Virus record (IMG/VR): IMGVR_UViG_3300028898_000117 | Length of the DNA stretch: 64,000 nt | Source of the DNA: a virus | Direction: 5' to 3' (one strand) | Part shown: piece by piece, positions 62,894-64,000 of the stretch | Numbering within the stretch: the first letter of the stretch is position 1 | How the letters are laid out: every line of letters begins with the position of its first letter | Notes under the pieces: generated by a model | What the model was told of the DNA's origin: nothing | Database searches by the model: none | Seen by the model: only the letters and a program-made list of their open reading frames with translations | Program-made: the position numbers and the translations under genes

Positions 62894-64000
62894 ATGAAGA
62901 CATTAATTTTATCAATTTTATTAGCATCGACCGCATGGTCTTTGCCTAAAATTCAAAAGCAGGGGATTAAAACTGAAGCAGAGTGTATAGCTGGTGGAGC
63001 TACGGCAGCGACGTGTTTACCAGAAGACACACAGATTTATATGACCTCTGTTGTTCCAGCTCAGAAGCTATCAACGGCTGTGACGGCTGGTTTGATCGGC
63101 GGTGGTGGTGGTAACTCTGGTAAGAACTACCTAGCAAATGCAGGATTTGAAGGTGGAAACTCTTCTTGGACAATCTCTGGTGCGACAAATGCAGTAAACA
63201 CTTTTGATTTTCATGATGGAGTTCAGGCTTTAACTCTTACTCCGACAGGTGCAGGTTCTATTCTTCAGAGCGCGACTCCTGCTCCTAATCTTTTCAGGAC
63301 TAATTTAGAATCTGGAATGTGGATTAATACTACAAAAACGGATGTTGAGTTGTGTTCATTATCTTCTGGTTCAGAAGTTGAATGTCAGGCTGTTCCAGCC
63401 GTAGGTCAGTGGGTTTATATTCCTGCTAATATGCCAGGTCCGGTTCAAGGTCAGACTATTGGTGTAAAGTTAAAGTGGGGTTCTACGGGTGGTTCGATTA
63501 TTGTCGATCAGGGATGGGTTGGTGGTGCGACTAATTTAACTAAAGTCCAACAAGCAAGTCATACTGGGACTTCGAGAAGTGCGGCTACGGCAAACTGTGA
63601 ATGGTCCGTTACAGCGTCTTCTTACACAAGTTATTCTGCTGATGCCGATTGTCCAACACCAACAGTTACAGGCGCTTTATTAGCTCCAGATACAAAGATT
63701 CCAGCATTTAAAATGAATGTTGCTGCTGGAAAGATATATAGAATCACAGCAAAGGGACAATTTAATCAGCAGGGAAATTTCATAGGCCTGTTTAGATTCT
63801 CTGATGGTACAGATGTTTCTGAAATTGCTGGACTTGGTTCCGCCGTAACTGGCACAATGGAAGGCACTACTGGAGTAATGACGGCTTTGTATAAGCCAAC
63901 AACCTCTGGATTAAAAACAATAGAGATTCAAGGAAAGAGCGATCTTGGAACTTACGCTACAAGAATCCATAATATGTCAACTGATCTTGTTTTCGAAGTT
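62894..64000 (+). CDS. signal-peptide protein with carbohydrate-binding-module-like region, 3'-partial
   Basis: GAAGGAGA precedes ATG 62894. The sequence opens MKTLILSILLASTAWSLP, has a GGGGG linker, then NYLANAGFEGGNSSWTISGA. The frame stays open to the window end, and the ORF is absent from the track because it has no stop. Confidence 0.55.
   Translation, partial: MKTLILSILLASTAWSLPKIQKQGIKTEAECIAGGATAATCLPEDTQIYMTSVVPAQKLSTAVTAGLIGGGGGNSGKNYLANAGFEGGNSSWTISGATNAVNTFDFHDGVQALTLTPTGAGSILQSATPAPNLFRTNLESGMWINTTKTDVELCSLSSGSEVECQAVPAVGQWVYIPANMPGPVQGQTIGVKLKWGSTGGSIIVDQGWVGGATNLTKVQQASHTGTSRSAATANCEWSVTASSYTSYSADADCPTPTVTGALLAPDTKIPAFKMNVAAGKIYRITAKGQFNQQGNFIGLFRFSDGTDVSEIAGLGSAVTGTMEGTTGVMTALYKPTTSGLKTIEIQGKSDLGTYATRIHNMSTDLVFEV

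Noticed and set aside
1-64000. CRISPR arrays, rRNA genes, transposase or integrase genes, or an RT-based retroelement
   Set aside because: No spaced repeat arrays, rRNA-like sequence, or recombinase or reverse-transcriptase motifs were seen in any frame of the ORF track.

Overview
This window is a densely packed stretch of a large contractile-tailed dsDNA phage or prophage. It holds about 95 genes with tiny intergenic gaps and frequent ATGA/TAATG stop-start coupling, and almost all are transcribed rightward. From nt 1 to about 17.3 kb lies an early/accessory region of small genes. These include lipoproteins and membrane proteins, two metallophosphoesterases, an ASCH protein, a KhpA-like KH protein, SLT-like and CHAP/NlpC-like wall hydrolases, and DUF3310, HAD and MazG-like proteins. 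The same region also encodes Fis- and LuxR-type HTH proteins, a SEC-C protein, an HNH nuclease, a YiiX-like peptidase and a 2OG-Fe(II) oxygenase. It contains one leftward island with a metallophosphoesterase gene, two perfect 21-bp direct repeats and an aberrant tRNA-like gene. From about 17.3 to 64 kb lies the morphogenesis region. It starts with a GpA-type large terminase and portal, then a cold-shock protein, His/Lys-rich proteins and an inverted homing-endonuclease-like gene. Next come a 1088-aa SNF2 helicase with an adjacent MuF-like protein, the prohead protease, scaffold and major capsid protein. An ~11 kb block of fibre/decoration/connector genes follows. The tail genes are sheath, tube, chaperones, tape measure, hub, spike, a free-standing HNH gene, LysM/gp25-like, J-like and gp48-like baseplate genes, a tail fibre and a 3'-partial signal-peptide protein. 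I saw no rRNA, CRISPR array, integrase, transposase or replication genes. All functional calls rest on motif recognition by eye; no database search or structure prediction was run.
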